A stretch of 64,000 bases of DNA from Scenedesmus sp. PABB004 (lineage: Eukaryota). Position 1 is the stretch's first letter, and each line of letters opens with the position of its first letter. This document shows positions 1 through 10,848 of this stretch, one piece after another. Both the position numbers and the translations under genes were made by a program. The notes under the pieces were generated by a model that searched no databases, was not told the origin of the DNA, and saw nothing but the letters and a program-made list of their open reading frames with translations. Where the stretch lies: positions 372,001 to 436,000 of the forward strand of contig JABVCE010000020.1 in NCBI GenBank assembly GCA_014905635.1. The letters are read 5' to 3'.

Positions 1-3000
1 ACCTTGTCCTGCGCGGCGCGCGGCGTGCGACGCGGACGGCAGCAGGCGTAGGGCGTCGGGCCGGCCGGGCCCCGCACGTGTGCTGCGCGCGTGCTGTGCT
101 GCGCGCGTGCTGTGCGTGCTGTGCGTGCTGTGCGTGCTGTGCCTGCCGCGCGGCGCGACGCGCGCGCGCGCCTGCAGGTAGTGCGTGAAGAGGTAGACCC
201 ACTTGCTCGCCCACGTGGCGAGGCTGGTCTTGAGCGGCTTGGCGCTCACGCGGATGAACCCGACCACGCCGCTCGCCGGCAGCGCAGCAATCTCGGCGCC
301 CACTGCCCTGCGCGCGCGCGCGGGAGGAGAAGGGGGAGCGAGGGGGCGTGGGGCGCCGGGCATGGGGCGTGGCGCGTGCGCTGCCGCAGGTAGGCGGCGC
401 GTGCAGCGGCACACAGCTCCCGCCGTGGTCCAAGCACACGGCCTGGCTCACTTGTACTTTTGGATCGCCTCCTCAAACTTGGCCAGCGGCGGGTCCTCGC
501 GCGACCCGTCGGGCGCCGTCGTGGCCTCGGCCTCCAGGAAGGCCTGTGCGCGGGGCCGCGGCAGCGCGGCGGCTCAGGCGCAGGGCGGCAGCTGGCCGGC
601 GCAGCCAGCCAGCCGCGCCCGCCGCCGCGCGGCGGCAGCGCCCCGCCGCGCGCGCCCTGCGCGCACCGCGAGCGCGGCGCCGAGGTCCTGGCGCCAGAGG
701 TAGTCGTAGCGCGCAAACTTCGCCTTGAACTCCTCGCACGCCGCGACGTTGGCCAGCGTGACGCTGAGCACCTGCGGCGCGCGGCACGGCAGAGGCAGCG
801 TGGGGCAGCGCAGGCACTGCCGTCGGCTGAGGGCGCGGGCGGCCGGATGGCGTGCAGCCGGCCGCCGCCGCCGCCGGCACCGCCGCCGCTGCGCTGCTGC
901 CGCGGCCCCGGCCCCGCGCGCACCCGGTCGAGCTGCTCCGCGACGTCGTAGTCCTCCTCCAGCTCCTTGGCGTAGCTGCCCTCCCCCGTGTCGAGGCGCT
1001 TGACGAGCCCCCCGACCTCCAGCAGCGACACAAGCCAGCGCTGCACCAGCGCCGTCAGGCTGCCCTTGTCGCCGCCCGCGAGCTCGGGCCGCCACGCCAT
1101 CTCCGGCCCCGCGAGCTCCAGCTCCACCTCCAGCAGCGGCCCCGCGCCGGACCTGCGGGGCGCATGCGCCGCGCCGCGCCGCAGCGTGGTTAGCGAGCGG
1201 CTGGGGCGGCGCTCAGCCGCCCGGGCGCCCCGGCGCGCGGCGCCTGCCCACGCTCGCGCGCGCGCGCGCGCCTGGCGAGGGCGTCGGGGTCGAGCTGCTG
1301 CAGCAGGTAGCGCGTGGACGCGGTGATCGCGGCGCCGTAGCCGGCGACCACGATGTCGCTCACGTAGTCGACGTACGCCCGCCAGCACGGCGAGCCCTTG
1401 CTGACCTGGGGCGCGAGCAGGCGGCGACGGCGTGGGCGAGGCTCGGACAGGCGCGGGCAGGCGACGGGCAGGGCACGCACAGCGTGCGGCGCGCAGCGGC
1501 GCGGCGCCGCGCGGGGCGGCCTGCCAGGCGGCGGCGGCGGCGGCTGCGCGCTGCGCGCCTTGAGCACGCGGTTGCTGGCGGACAGGTGCTTGCCGATCTC
1601 GCGCCCCGCGTCGCGCATCTCGGCGTGGCGCTGCGCGATGAGCGCGGCGCTCGCGTCGCGCAGCTCCTCGTACGTGTACACGCGCCCCTCCTGCGCGCGG
1701 CGGCGCGGGCTATGGGTCAGCGCGGCCGGCGCGGCCAGCGCAGCCAGGCGCACGCGGCGTGCCGCGCCGCGCCGCGCCTTGCGTTCAAACATCAGCGCGC
1801 GCTCAAAGCCGCGCAGGATGTCGACCGTCGTCGCGACGTTGGCGCGGATGGTGGAGAGCACCACGTCCAGGTCGCGCACGAGCTCGAGCGTGTCCCGGAT
1901 GTACGGGTCGATGCCCTCGCTGCGCCAAGCGAGCTCCTCCAGCCCCCGCTGCAGCGCCGCCTCTGCGCGGCGGCAGCGCGGTCGCTTGTGAGCAGCACGT
2001 CGGCGCCGCGCCGCAGCGCGCGTGCCGGCGGCGGCGCGGCGCGAGGGCGGGCGCCGCGCGCACCCGCGGCGTCGAGCTTGCCCGCGACGAGCGGCCGCTC
2101 CACGGGCAGCGTGGAGCGCTGCAGGCGGTTGTAGAGGCCAACCATGAGGTCGAGGCTGCCGATCTGCTGCCGGAAGCGGTCCGCGCCCGCAAAGATCGCG
2201 GCCGCGCTCGGCGGCACCTGTGCAGGCCGCGGCCGCCGCAGCGGCGGCGCGCGGCCGTGGGCGGCGGCGCGGCGCGGCACGGCACGTGCTGCGAGGCGCG
2301 GCGGGGCTGCGGCTGGTGGGGCGGCAAAGGGCCACGTGATATCGCGCGGCCGCCGCACCTCGACCTTGAGCTGCAGGAAGTAGCGCGTCTCACGCAGCAG
2401 CCGCACGAGCGCGGGGTCAAAGTTGACCGCGAGCAGCGGCAGGTCGCCGGTGCTGTCGCCGTGGAACTGCAGCAGCGGCTGGTTGAGCTTCTCGTCGCTC
2501 GTCGCGGCGACCTGCGCGGCGGCGGCGTGGCGCGCGCGGGCGGCGGACGCGTCGGCGGCTGAGCCACGCGCCGCGCGACCGTTGGCGCGATCAACGGCCG
2601 CCCCGCGCGGCGCGCCCGCGCGCCGCACGCACCTGGCCGCACCAGTCCTCCACCAGCGCCGCCTCGTAGCCGCGCAGCTCGGCCATGAGCGCCTCGTGCG
2701 CGCGCGCCGCCGCGGCCCAGGCCGGCAGCTCCGTCACGCCGCGGTCCATGCCCGCGAGCTTGGCCGCGGGCTCGGCGAGCCGCTCCATGAGGCCGCGCAC
2801 CCACGACACCGCGCCTGCGGCGGCGACAGGCCGCAGCAGCGCCTGTCGGGCGCCGCGCCACGGCGTCGCCAGGCTGCAGCGCCGTGCCGCCAGGCTGCGG
2901 CGCGGGGCGGCCAGGCTCGCGGCGCCTGCGGCGCCGCCTGCGCGCGCGCACCCGAGTGCGGGGGCGCGTTTTTGCTGAGCACCGGCCACGCGCGGTGCGC

Positions 3001-6000
3001 CGCAAAGAGCTCGCCGACCTCCTTCACGTCCGCCGCAAACGCGTCGACCATGCCCTTGTGCTTCTTGGCGAGCTCCGCCGCGATCGCGTCGCGCTCGAGC
3101 AGGCCCTCAAAGCTCTCCAGCAGCTTGAACGTCGTCGCGAGCGTGGTGCAGTCGTCAAAGGCCTGGCGCGGCGGCGGCGGCAACGCGCGGCGCGCGGCGG
3201 GCCGGTCAGCGCCGGCGCGGCGCGCGCAGCGGCGCGGAGCGTCCTCGTCCGCGTTGCCCTCGCAGTCCATGGCCCTGGCCATGCACGCTAGCTCCCTCGT
3301 CTGTGTCGTGCGCGTGCTACGAAGCACGTGGGCGGCCAGACGAGGACGCTAGTCCATGGCCAGGGCCATGGACTGCGAGGGCGACGCGGACGAGGACGCC
3401 AACCCCGGCGGCTGCGGCGGCTTGGGCTGGGTGCGGCACGGCGCGGAGCGCCGCGGCTGCGCCGTGACGCGGCGCGGCGCGGCGAGGCGCGGCGGCGCGG
3501 CGCGGCAGGGCGCGCCTTCATGATGAGCGCGCCGAGGCGGCGCTCCAGCTCGCGGATGACGGCCCGGAACGCGCCGTGGTCGGCCTCAAACCCCGGCGCG
3601 TCGGTGTCCATCACGTCGTACGTCACCTGCGCGCGCGGCGCGTGGCCGGGACGGAGGCGCGCGGCAGCGAGCGCGCGGCCGGTGAGCGGCGGCGTCGCGC
3701 GCGCCAAGGCGGGGCGCGCGGCGGCGGCGGCGGCGGCGGCGGCGCCGCGCACACACCTGCGTGAACCTGCCGTGCGCCGCCAGGAAGTCGGCGTGCACCT
3801 GCTTGATCGCGCCCGTGAGCGCCTTGCCCTTGGTCCCGCCGACCTCGACGCGCTCGAGCCGCCCAAACTGCGCGACCGTGCTCTGCAGCTCCAGCATGTC
3901 GGCGCAGCGCTCCAGGAAGGCATCGAGGCGGCCGAAGACCAGGCCGTTCTGGAAGCGCCACGGCGCGTCCGGGCACTCGGCCGCGCTCGCCGCGCGGTAG
4001 GCGTAGTAGTGGCCCTTGAACGCGCCGAGCACCTTGAGCGCGGTGCGCAGCCGCTCGACCGCCTCGGCCGGCTCCATGCGCAGCAGCTCCGGCCCGGGCA
4101 CGTACTTGCGCGCCTGCGCGGCGCGCGCAGCGGCGCGCGGCGGCGGGGGCACGTTTGGCCGCCGGTCAGCCGCGACTGACCACCAGCCCCGAGCGCGCCT
4201 GCGCGGTTGAAGCTGGAGCCCAGCCGCCGGCTCGTCGGTCACCTGCATGATGAGGTCGTTGCAGACCTCGTGCAGCAGCGTCACAAAGCGCGCGCTGCTC
4301 GCGTAGCTGGCGCTGTGCTTCCAGATGAGCAGCAGCACGTGCAGCAGCGGCTTGAACTGCTCCGCGAGCGCGGGCAGGTCGTCCATGGTGTTCAGGCGCT
4401 CCAGGAAGGGCCGCAGCGGCGCGAGGAAGCGCACGTTGTCCGCCGCCTCGGCGCGCGCCGCCGCGACCTCCTGCGCGCGCGCGCGGGCGGGGCGGGCCGG
4501 CGGTGCGGCGCGGCGCGGTCATCGCACATGCGTGGGGCGGAGCGGCCGGCCACGGCCCCCCGGCGCGGCGCGCTGCAGGCCGCCCGCGCTGCAGGCTGCC
4601 CGCGCCGCGCGGCGGCGCACCTGCACGACGCGCTCAAACGCCGGCGCGTAGCTGCTCTGCGCCAGCTCCAGCGCGCGCGCCACCTTTTGCACGCGCTCGC
4701 TGCTGAGCTGCTCGTGGATGGAGTTGAGGTTGGCGGCGCGCTCGCCCCAAAAGTCGAGCTCCGCGAGCGGGCCGGGGTAGGCGCCCGTGCCCTGCTGCGC
4801 GCCCGGCGGCCGGCCCCGCCGCCCGTCGGCGCGCGCGTCAGTCGGCCGCGCCGGCTGCCGCGCGCCGCGGCCCCCGCTGGCCCACGCACAGCGCACAGCG
4901 CACAGCGCACAGCGCACAGCGCACAGCGCACAGCGCACAGCGCACAGCGCACAGCGCGCAGCGCACAGCGCGCAGCGCACAGCGCGCAGCGCGCAGCGCA
5001 CAGCGCGCAGCGCACAGCGTGCAGCGCACAGCGCGCAGCGCACAGCGCGCACCTTGAGCGGCGCGTCCGGGTCGGCCTTGAGCACCGCGCGGATCTGCTT
5101 CGCCCACGAGAGCACCGTGCTCTCGAGGATGTGCACGCGCGACGCGTCGCCGGCCGCCTGGTCCGGCTGCGCCGTGTCGGGGCCGAGCGCCGGCAGCGGC
5201 AGCACCGTCTGGCCCTTGACCTCGCCCAGCGTGGAGCTCACTGCGCGCGGCGGCGGGCGCGGCGGCGCGCGGGCGGGCGCGGGTCGGGCGCGGCCTGCAG
5301 GACGGCGCGCCGAGCGCGCTGCACGGCCGCACGTGCGCGGCTGCCGCCGCGCGCCCCGCCGCGCGGGGGCGCACCGTTTGCCACGAACTTGTGCAGCGAC
5401 TCGGTCACCTCCCGCGCGACGACGTCGGGCCAGCCCTCCTGGTTTGGCGGCGCCGTCAGGAGCGGCAGGAACACGTGCTGCGCGACCGCGCAGAGCGTCT
5501 CCAGCGGCGCCTCGGTGAGCTCGCCGTGCGCGACAAGCCGGCGTATGCTCTCCGCGTCCAGCTTGGCGGGGGCGGTCTTGAGGAAGTACACCGTCTTGCG
5601 GCGCAGCCGCGACGGCGGCTTGACCGCCTGCGGCGGTTGGCGACGCCGGCGCGCGCGGCCGCTCAGCGCCCGCGCCCCCGGCGGCGCCGCGCCGGCGGCG
5701 GCCGCCCGGCCCGGCGCCGGGCGCGGCGGAGCATGCTGGCGCGCGCGGGCGCGGGCGCGGCGCGGGCGCGGGCGCGCCGCGCGCTGCGTGCCGCCGCACG
5801 CGCGCGCGCACCGCGCCCAGGTCCTTGCCGTCCAGGTACACCAGCAGGCGCTTGGTGTCGGCATCGTCCAGGAAGCTCACCAGCGCGGCCCTGCGGCGCG
5901 GCGCGGGCTGGGCGCGGCGCGCGCCGGCCGCGCGTGCGCGCGAGCAGCGGCGGCGCGCGCGCCGTCCTCACCTCGCCTCCCCCTGCAGCAGCCGCGCGAA

Positions 6001-6096
6001 GGCGTCCTCCCGGACCTTGAGCGAGGAGCAGACGCGCTCCTGGAGCCAGTCAAAGCGGGCGTCGCGGCCGGGGGCCGCGGCCACGGGCTCCGGCAT
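1..6096 (-). CDS. ODA4: Axonemal outer-arm dynein heavy chain, beta type (N-terminal tail; gene continues past the left edge), multi-exon
   Basis: Spliced exons give MPEPVAAAPGRDARFDWLQERVCSSLK, YPGPLAELDFWGERAANLNSIHEQL, FKPLLHVLLLIWKHS, WRFQNGLVFGRLDAFLERCADMLELQSTVAQFGRLERVEVGGTKG, LLAVNFDPALVRLLRETRYF and FARYDYLWRQD, typical of the DHC_N1 region of ODA4/DNAH9/17-type chains. ATG at 6096. Confidence 0.88.
3239..3399. repeat. 161-nt inverted repeat / long hairpin inside a dynein intron (candidate pre-miRNA or fold-back element)
   Basis: 3239-3303 is a near-perfect reverse complement of 3337-3399, and the central 3305-3336 also pairs around an ACGA loop. Confidence 0.9.
4886..5050. repeat. 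Intronic heptamer tandem repeat (GCACAGC)n with GCGCAGC variants
   Basis: Directly visible. It abuts the 5' splice site of a dynein intron at about 5052. Confidence 0.95.
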
Positions 6097-6391
6097 CTCC
6101 GCGCACGGCACCTGCTGCGCCGCGCTGCTGCTCAGCGCGCCATCGAGGGCGCGACCGCCACGGGCGCAGACCCGGACCGTGAGCGACCCGGCGTGACCGG
6201 GGGGCGTGCCGCTGCGGCGCAATCAATCAATCCCGCGAGAATGGCGCGGGGCGTGGTCGGGCCGCGGATCGCGCCCTCGAGGTGCGGGGTGGGCGGGACG
6301 GAGCGATGCAAGCAGCCAGCCGCGACGCCGGGAGGTGCGGGCCCGGCGGCGGCGCCGCGTTACGCGGTCAACGCCGCGCAGTGCTGTCCGA

Positions 6392-8065
6392 CTACTCGCC
6401 GCTCCAGTCGCTGCCGCCCGACTCCCAGTCGTCCTCGCTCTCGCTGCCGGCGGCTTTGCGCTTCGCGGGCGCCTTCTTGGGCGGCGGCGCCTTGGCCGCT
6501 GCTGCCTTCTTGGCCGGCGGCGGCTTGCCCTTGGCGCCGGCGCCGCCGCCCCGGCCCTTGGCGGCGCCCTTGGCGGCGCCCTTGGCGGCGCCCTTGGCGG
6601 CGCCGGGCTTGGCCTTGGCCCCCGCCTTCTTGCGCGCGCCACCCTTGGCGACCTTCAGGCTGCGCCCCGCGCCGCCGCCGGCCTTGGCCGCGCCGCCGCG
6701 CCCCCGCTTCGAGGCGCCCTTCTTGCCCGCCGCCCGCTCGCCGCCCTCGCCGGCGCCGCCGCCGCCGAGGTCGCCTGCGGCGGCAGGCGCGCGCGCGCGC
6801 GCATGCGGGGGGCCTCAGCGCGCGCGAAGCGCGCCGCACGGTGCGCACACAGCGCCGCCCCCGCCGGCTCACCGCCGCCCGCGAGCGCGTCGTCGTCGTC
6901 GCCGAGCAGCTCCGCCATGCCCGCGCCGCCGAGCGCCTCATGGTGGTAGCTCGCCTCCTCGCGCAGAACAACGTAGTCATTCAGCACCGACTCAACCTGC
7001 TCCACCCATCCATCCAGCCATCCGGCCGTCAGGCCGAGTCAGCGGCGGCGGCGGCGGCGGCGGCGTCTGTCGGCGGCGCGACGTGCAATGCGCGCAGCGC
7101 CCGCGCCGCGCGCCGCGCCGCGGGGCGCGCGCCTTGGCGTCGGCGGGGCCCATGTTGACCACGAGCGCGCAGCCGGCGAGCGGCAGCACGCGCGCGCCGT
7201 AGAGCACACCCTTGAGGTCGAGCTTGAACGACCCGCCCTCTGCCGGCGGCGCGGCGCGGCGCGGGGGGCGCACGGGCGCGTGGGCAGGCGCGTGGGCGCC
7301 AGCGCCGGCGCGTGGGCCTCCACCTACAGCGCGCGCGCGTGCGCGCCGCGCACCCGCCGCGCCGCCGCTCGTGACGAGCCGCCCGACCGCGCCAGCGTCG
7401 CCCGAGAGCTCGGTCGCCTGGTGCGGCGCTGGCTCGAGCTCGATCAGCACCTTGTTCCGCACGAGCCGCTCCGGCAGGATCAGCTGCACCGTCGACCGGT
7501 CGCCCGGCAGCACCGCGACCGCCGCAGCCGCTGCTGCCGCTGCCGCCGCCGCACCCGGCGCCGCCGCCCCGGCCCCTTGGCTGCCCGGCGGCGGCCGCTG
7601 CGAGCCAGGCGCGGCAGCCGCTGCTGCCGCCGCCGCTCTGCTGGCGTCGCCCGCGGCGGGCACCTTTTTGCTGCTGCCGCCGCGGGCAGCGGCGGCGCCC
7701 TTTCTGCTGGGCCCTGCCGCCGCCGCCGCGGCTGCGCTGCTCGGGCCCGCGCCCGCGGCGCCGCCAGCCGCACGGCTCGGCCCCGCCGCGCCGCGGTCGC
7801 TGTCGTCGTCGCTGCTGATCGCCACCACCTGCTTCGCCGGCGTCTGGCGGCGGTGGTGGCGGCGGCGGCGGCGGCGGGGTGAGCTGCTGCAGGGAGCGGA
7901 GCGGCGAGCGGCAGCAGCGGCAGCAGCGCGCCCGCCCGCGGCTGCTCGCACGTGGGCCTGGATCCAGTCCGGCAGCGCCGAGTCGTCGCTGCGCGCGGGC
8001 GCGGGGCGGGGTCGGTTGAGCAGGTCCGCCAGCATCAAGTCGTCGTCGCTGCTCGAGACCGACAT
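6392..8065 (-). CDS. BIN4: DNA-binding protein BIN4 (topoisomerase VI accessory subunit) homolog, about 5 exons
   Basis: Core LILPERLVRNKVLIELE..ELSGDAGAVGRLV..LDLKGVLYGARVLP..CALVVNMGPADAKVESVLNDYVVL matches the plant BIN4 conserved domain. N-terminal LPDWI motif and a Lys/Ala/Gly-rich tail ending ESEDDWESGGSDWSGE*. Confidence 0.85.
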
Positions 8066-8389
8066 CTTCGCCCGCTGCTGCTGCTTCAAACGCGACGCCG
8101 CCGCGGGCGCCGGGGCGGTGTCGGAGCGGGCCGCGCGGCCGGTCCGACTCGTGCGTGAACTCTGGGCGCCGCCGCGGGGGGCGAACGAGGTCCTGCCGCG
8201 CGCAGCGCCGCCGAGGTGCAAAAGCGCGTCCGCAGCGGTTGCTGCGGTCGCCTTCGCGCGCCCGGCACACACTCGCCTGCCCCCCCCCCTTCGCCCCGAC
8301 CCGCAGCACCTCCCGACTCGCACGCGCTACAACTGACTCAGCAGCGTCGGCGGCAGCAGCAGCGAGCGGCAGCGGCGCGGCCCGCCGCG
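8066..8389. promoter_or_regulatory. Probable bidirectional promoter between BIN4 and TANGO2
   Basis: Head-to-head start codons only about 325 bp apart. Inferred from the layout only. Confidence 0.5.
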
Positions 8390-9943
8390 ATGTGCACCGC
8401 CCTGTTCATTTACGACCTGCACCCGGCGCTGCTGCTGCTACTGACGTTCAACCGCGATGAGTTCTGGGAGCGGTGCGCGGCGCCGTGGCGGCGCTGCGTC
8501 GGCGCTGCACGCGCGCCGCGGGCGCCCGACGACCGCCGCCGCCGTCCGCGCAGGCCGACCGAGCCCGCGCACTTCTGGGCCGACGCGCCGGCGCTGCTGG
8601 CCGGCCGCGACAGCCTGCGCTTCGGCACGTGGCTCGGCCTCACGCGCGGCGGGCGCTTCGCGCTGCTCACAAACTATCGAGAGGTGCCAGGGCAGGCCGC
8701 GGCCAGCGCCGCGCCTGCGCAGGCGCGCGCGGCGTCGCGCCGCCGAGCGCCGCCGCCGCCGCGTGCCGTCCGCGCCCGCAGCCGATGAGCGCGGCGGAGC
8801 CCGGCAAGTTCGTGCAGACCACGACCGCGCCCAGCCGCGGCGCGCTCACGACCGACTTTCTCACGAGCGCGACGCCGCCGCTCGCCTACCTCCAGGCGCG
8901 CACGCCGCGCACTGGCGCCGCCGCCGCCGCCGCTGCCGCCGCGCACCCCCCCCCCCCCCACACACACACATACACACACGCACGCGCGCACCCCCCTTCA
9001 TTCACACCGTGCGCCGCAGTCGCTGCCGGCTGCAAGCTACTTTGGGTTCAACCTCCTCGTCGGCGACCTTGCCACGCGCGAGGTGGCCTACGTCAGCAAC
9101 CGCGACCCACGCGGCCCGCGCGCGCTGCCGCCCGGCTGCTACGGTGCAGCGCGGCGCCGCACGCGGGCGCGCGCGGGCGGCGCCGCCGCCGCGGCCGCTC
9201 CCGCGGCCGCCGCGGCCGACCGATTGCCTGCCGCTGCGGCGCAGGCGTGAGCAACGGGCTGCTCCAGGAGTGGCCCAAGGTGCGGAAGGGCCTCGCCTCG
9301 CTGCTGAGCGTGCTGGGCCTGCCCGCGGACCAGCAGGAGCAGCAGCCGCAGCAGCAGCCGCAGCAGGAGTCGCAGCAGCAGCCGCAGGAGCCGCAGCAGC
9401 AGGAGCTGCCGTGGGCGGAGCTCTTTGGCGGCGTGATGGGCGACGCGACCAAGGTCGCGGAGGGCGAGGCGCTGCCGCTCACGGGCGTGGGCGAGGAGCT
9501 GGACCGGCGGCTCAGCAGCATCTTCGTGGAGCCGTTTGAGATGCAGGTGCACCGCGACGCGAGGCCTGCCCGCTGCCCGGCGCGCCGGGCGCGGCGCCCG
9601 GCACGCAGCTGCGCCGCGCGGCGGCCCGCCGGCGGGCGCAGCGCTGACGACCTCGCCGCACGCCCGCCCGCGCCCGCGCCCGCGCTCGCGCCCGCGCGGC
9701 CCGCAGCCGGGCGTCCGCTACGGCACGCGGTCGCAGACGGTCATCGCGGTGTGGCGTGACGGCCGTGTGGAGCAGCGCGAGCGCTACGTCGAGCGCGGCG
9801 GCAGCAACGACGACGGCGGCGGGTGGGTGTGGCGAGAGGCGCGGCACGCGTTCGACATGGCCGCGCCCGGGCCGCCCGAGGCGGAGCCCGGCGGCGACCG
9901 CGCGTGGCAGCGGGCCTTCTCGGCGCGCGCGGGCTCCTTCTGA
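8390..9943 (+). CDS. TANGO2: TANGO2 / NRDE-family protein, multi-exon
   Basis: MCTALF...LLLTFNRDEFWERPTEPAHFW..LLAGRD...GTWLGLTRGGRFALLTNYRE, SRGALTTDFL, GFNLLVGDL, GVSNGLL..WPKV and YGTRSQTVIAV are hallmark NRDE motifs. Confidence 0.92.
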
Positions 9944-10045
9944 CCGCGCCGCGCGTGCTGCAGCTGCTGGGACGAACAAACGTTGCCCCAGCGCGAGCAG
10001 TCCCCGGCGCCCGCACGTCGCCGCCGCGCGCCTCAGCAGCGCGCC

Positions 10046-10638
10046 TCAGCTGCCCGCCCGCTCCACGGTGATCGACAGCTCCTGCCCGCCCCGCTCCAGC
10101 ACCTCCAGCAGCACGTCGATGTTTGGGTGCGAGCCGGGCACCTGCATGCGGCGCCGGCGGCGCGTGCACCTCGGCGCCCGGGCGTGGGCCTCGCCGCGGA
10201 TGGCCCGCGCCCGCGGCCGCCTCGTCGCCGCACCTCGCGCGCCTCCGCCACGTACTCGCCATAGAGGGCCAGGCCCTCGGCGGCCGCGGCCGCGGTCAGC
10301 CGGCCGCCGTGCGCGCCCGCGAGGTGAGAGTAGATACGTGCGCTCGCGGCCTTGCCGGGCGCGTTGGGGATGGTGTGCCCGCCCGGCTGCGCGCGGGCGT
10401 GCCGCGGCGCGTGGGCGTGCTGCGGCCCGCGAGCGCCCGGCGCCGCGCGCGGCCGTCGCCTCCGCACCTGCAGCGTGACGCACACCACGTCGTCGATCGG
10501 CGGCAGCGCTGCAACGTTCTCCTTGAGCGTGCCGCGCGCCACGCAGCGCCGCGGCTGCGCCAGCCGCCGCTGCTGCGTCGCTGCCGGCCCGCTGCGCGCC
10601 GCTGCCGCCGGCTGCTGCCGCCGCGCGAGCAGGAGCAT
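10046..10638 (-). CDS. DUF2322-like small protein with a putative organellar transit peptide, 3 exons
   Basis: Spliced: TLKENVAALPPIDDVVCVTLQ|PGGHTIPNAPGKAASARIYSHLA..TAAAAAEGLALYGEYVAEARE|VPGSHPNIDVLLEVL. This resembles the DUF2322 pattern (PGK, GL.LF.E, PG.HPNID.LL) as recalled. The N-terminus is Arg/Ala/Gln-rich with no acidic residues. Confidence 0.72.
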
Positions 10639-10848
10639 CGCACACGAATGCAACGTGAATCGGGGGCCACGATTGGCCGGGCGGGCGAGCTCGGAGAGGC
10701 TCTAGTGCGCCGTCATTCATTCGACGGTTCAGCGCGACGCGTCGCCGCTGCCTCGCCGCAGCGGCCCGCTGCGCCCGCGCCGGTGCCGCCACACCTGCCC
10801 TACCCGCTCTCCTGCTCGCAAGGAGCTCACCGCGCCGACTTCCTGCGC
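10639..10848. promoter_or_regulatory. Probable bidirectional promoter between the DUF2322-like gene and SurE
   Basis: Divergent ATGs about 210 bp apart, with a locally lower-GC spacer. Confidence 0.45.

Noticed and set aside
6392..6780. Stand-alone histone H1 gene
   Set aside because: There is no globular winged-helix domain, and the segment splices in frame as the last exon of BIN4.
4207..7158. Very long Arg/Ala/Gly/Pro-rich six-frame ORFs (e.g. 983 aa here, also 16460-19231 and 48375-50444)
   Set aside because: They are antisense or off-frame shadows of real spliced genes. Stops are rare at this GC content and the translations carry no domain signal.
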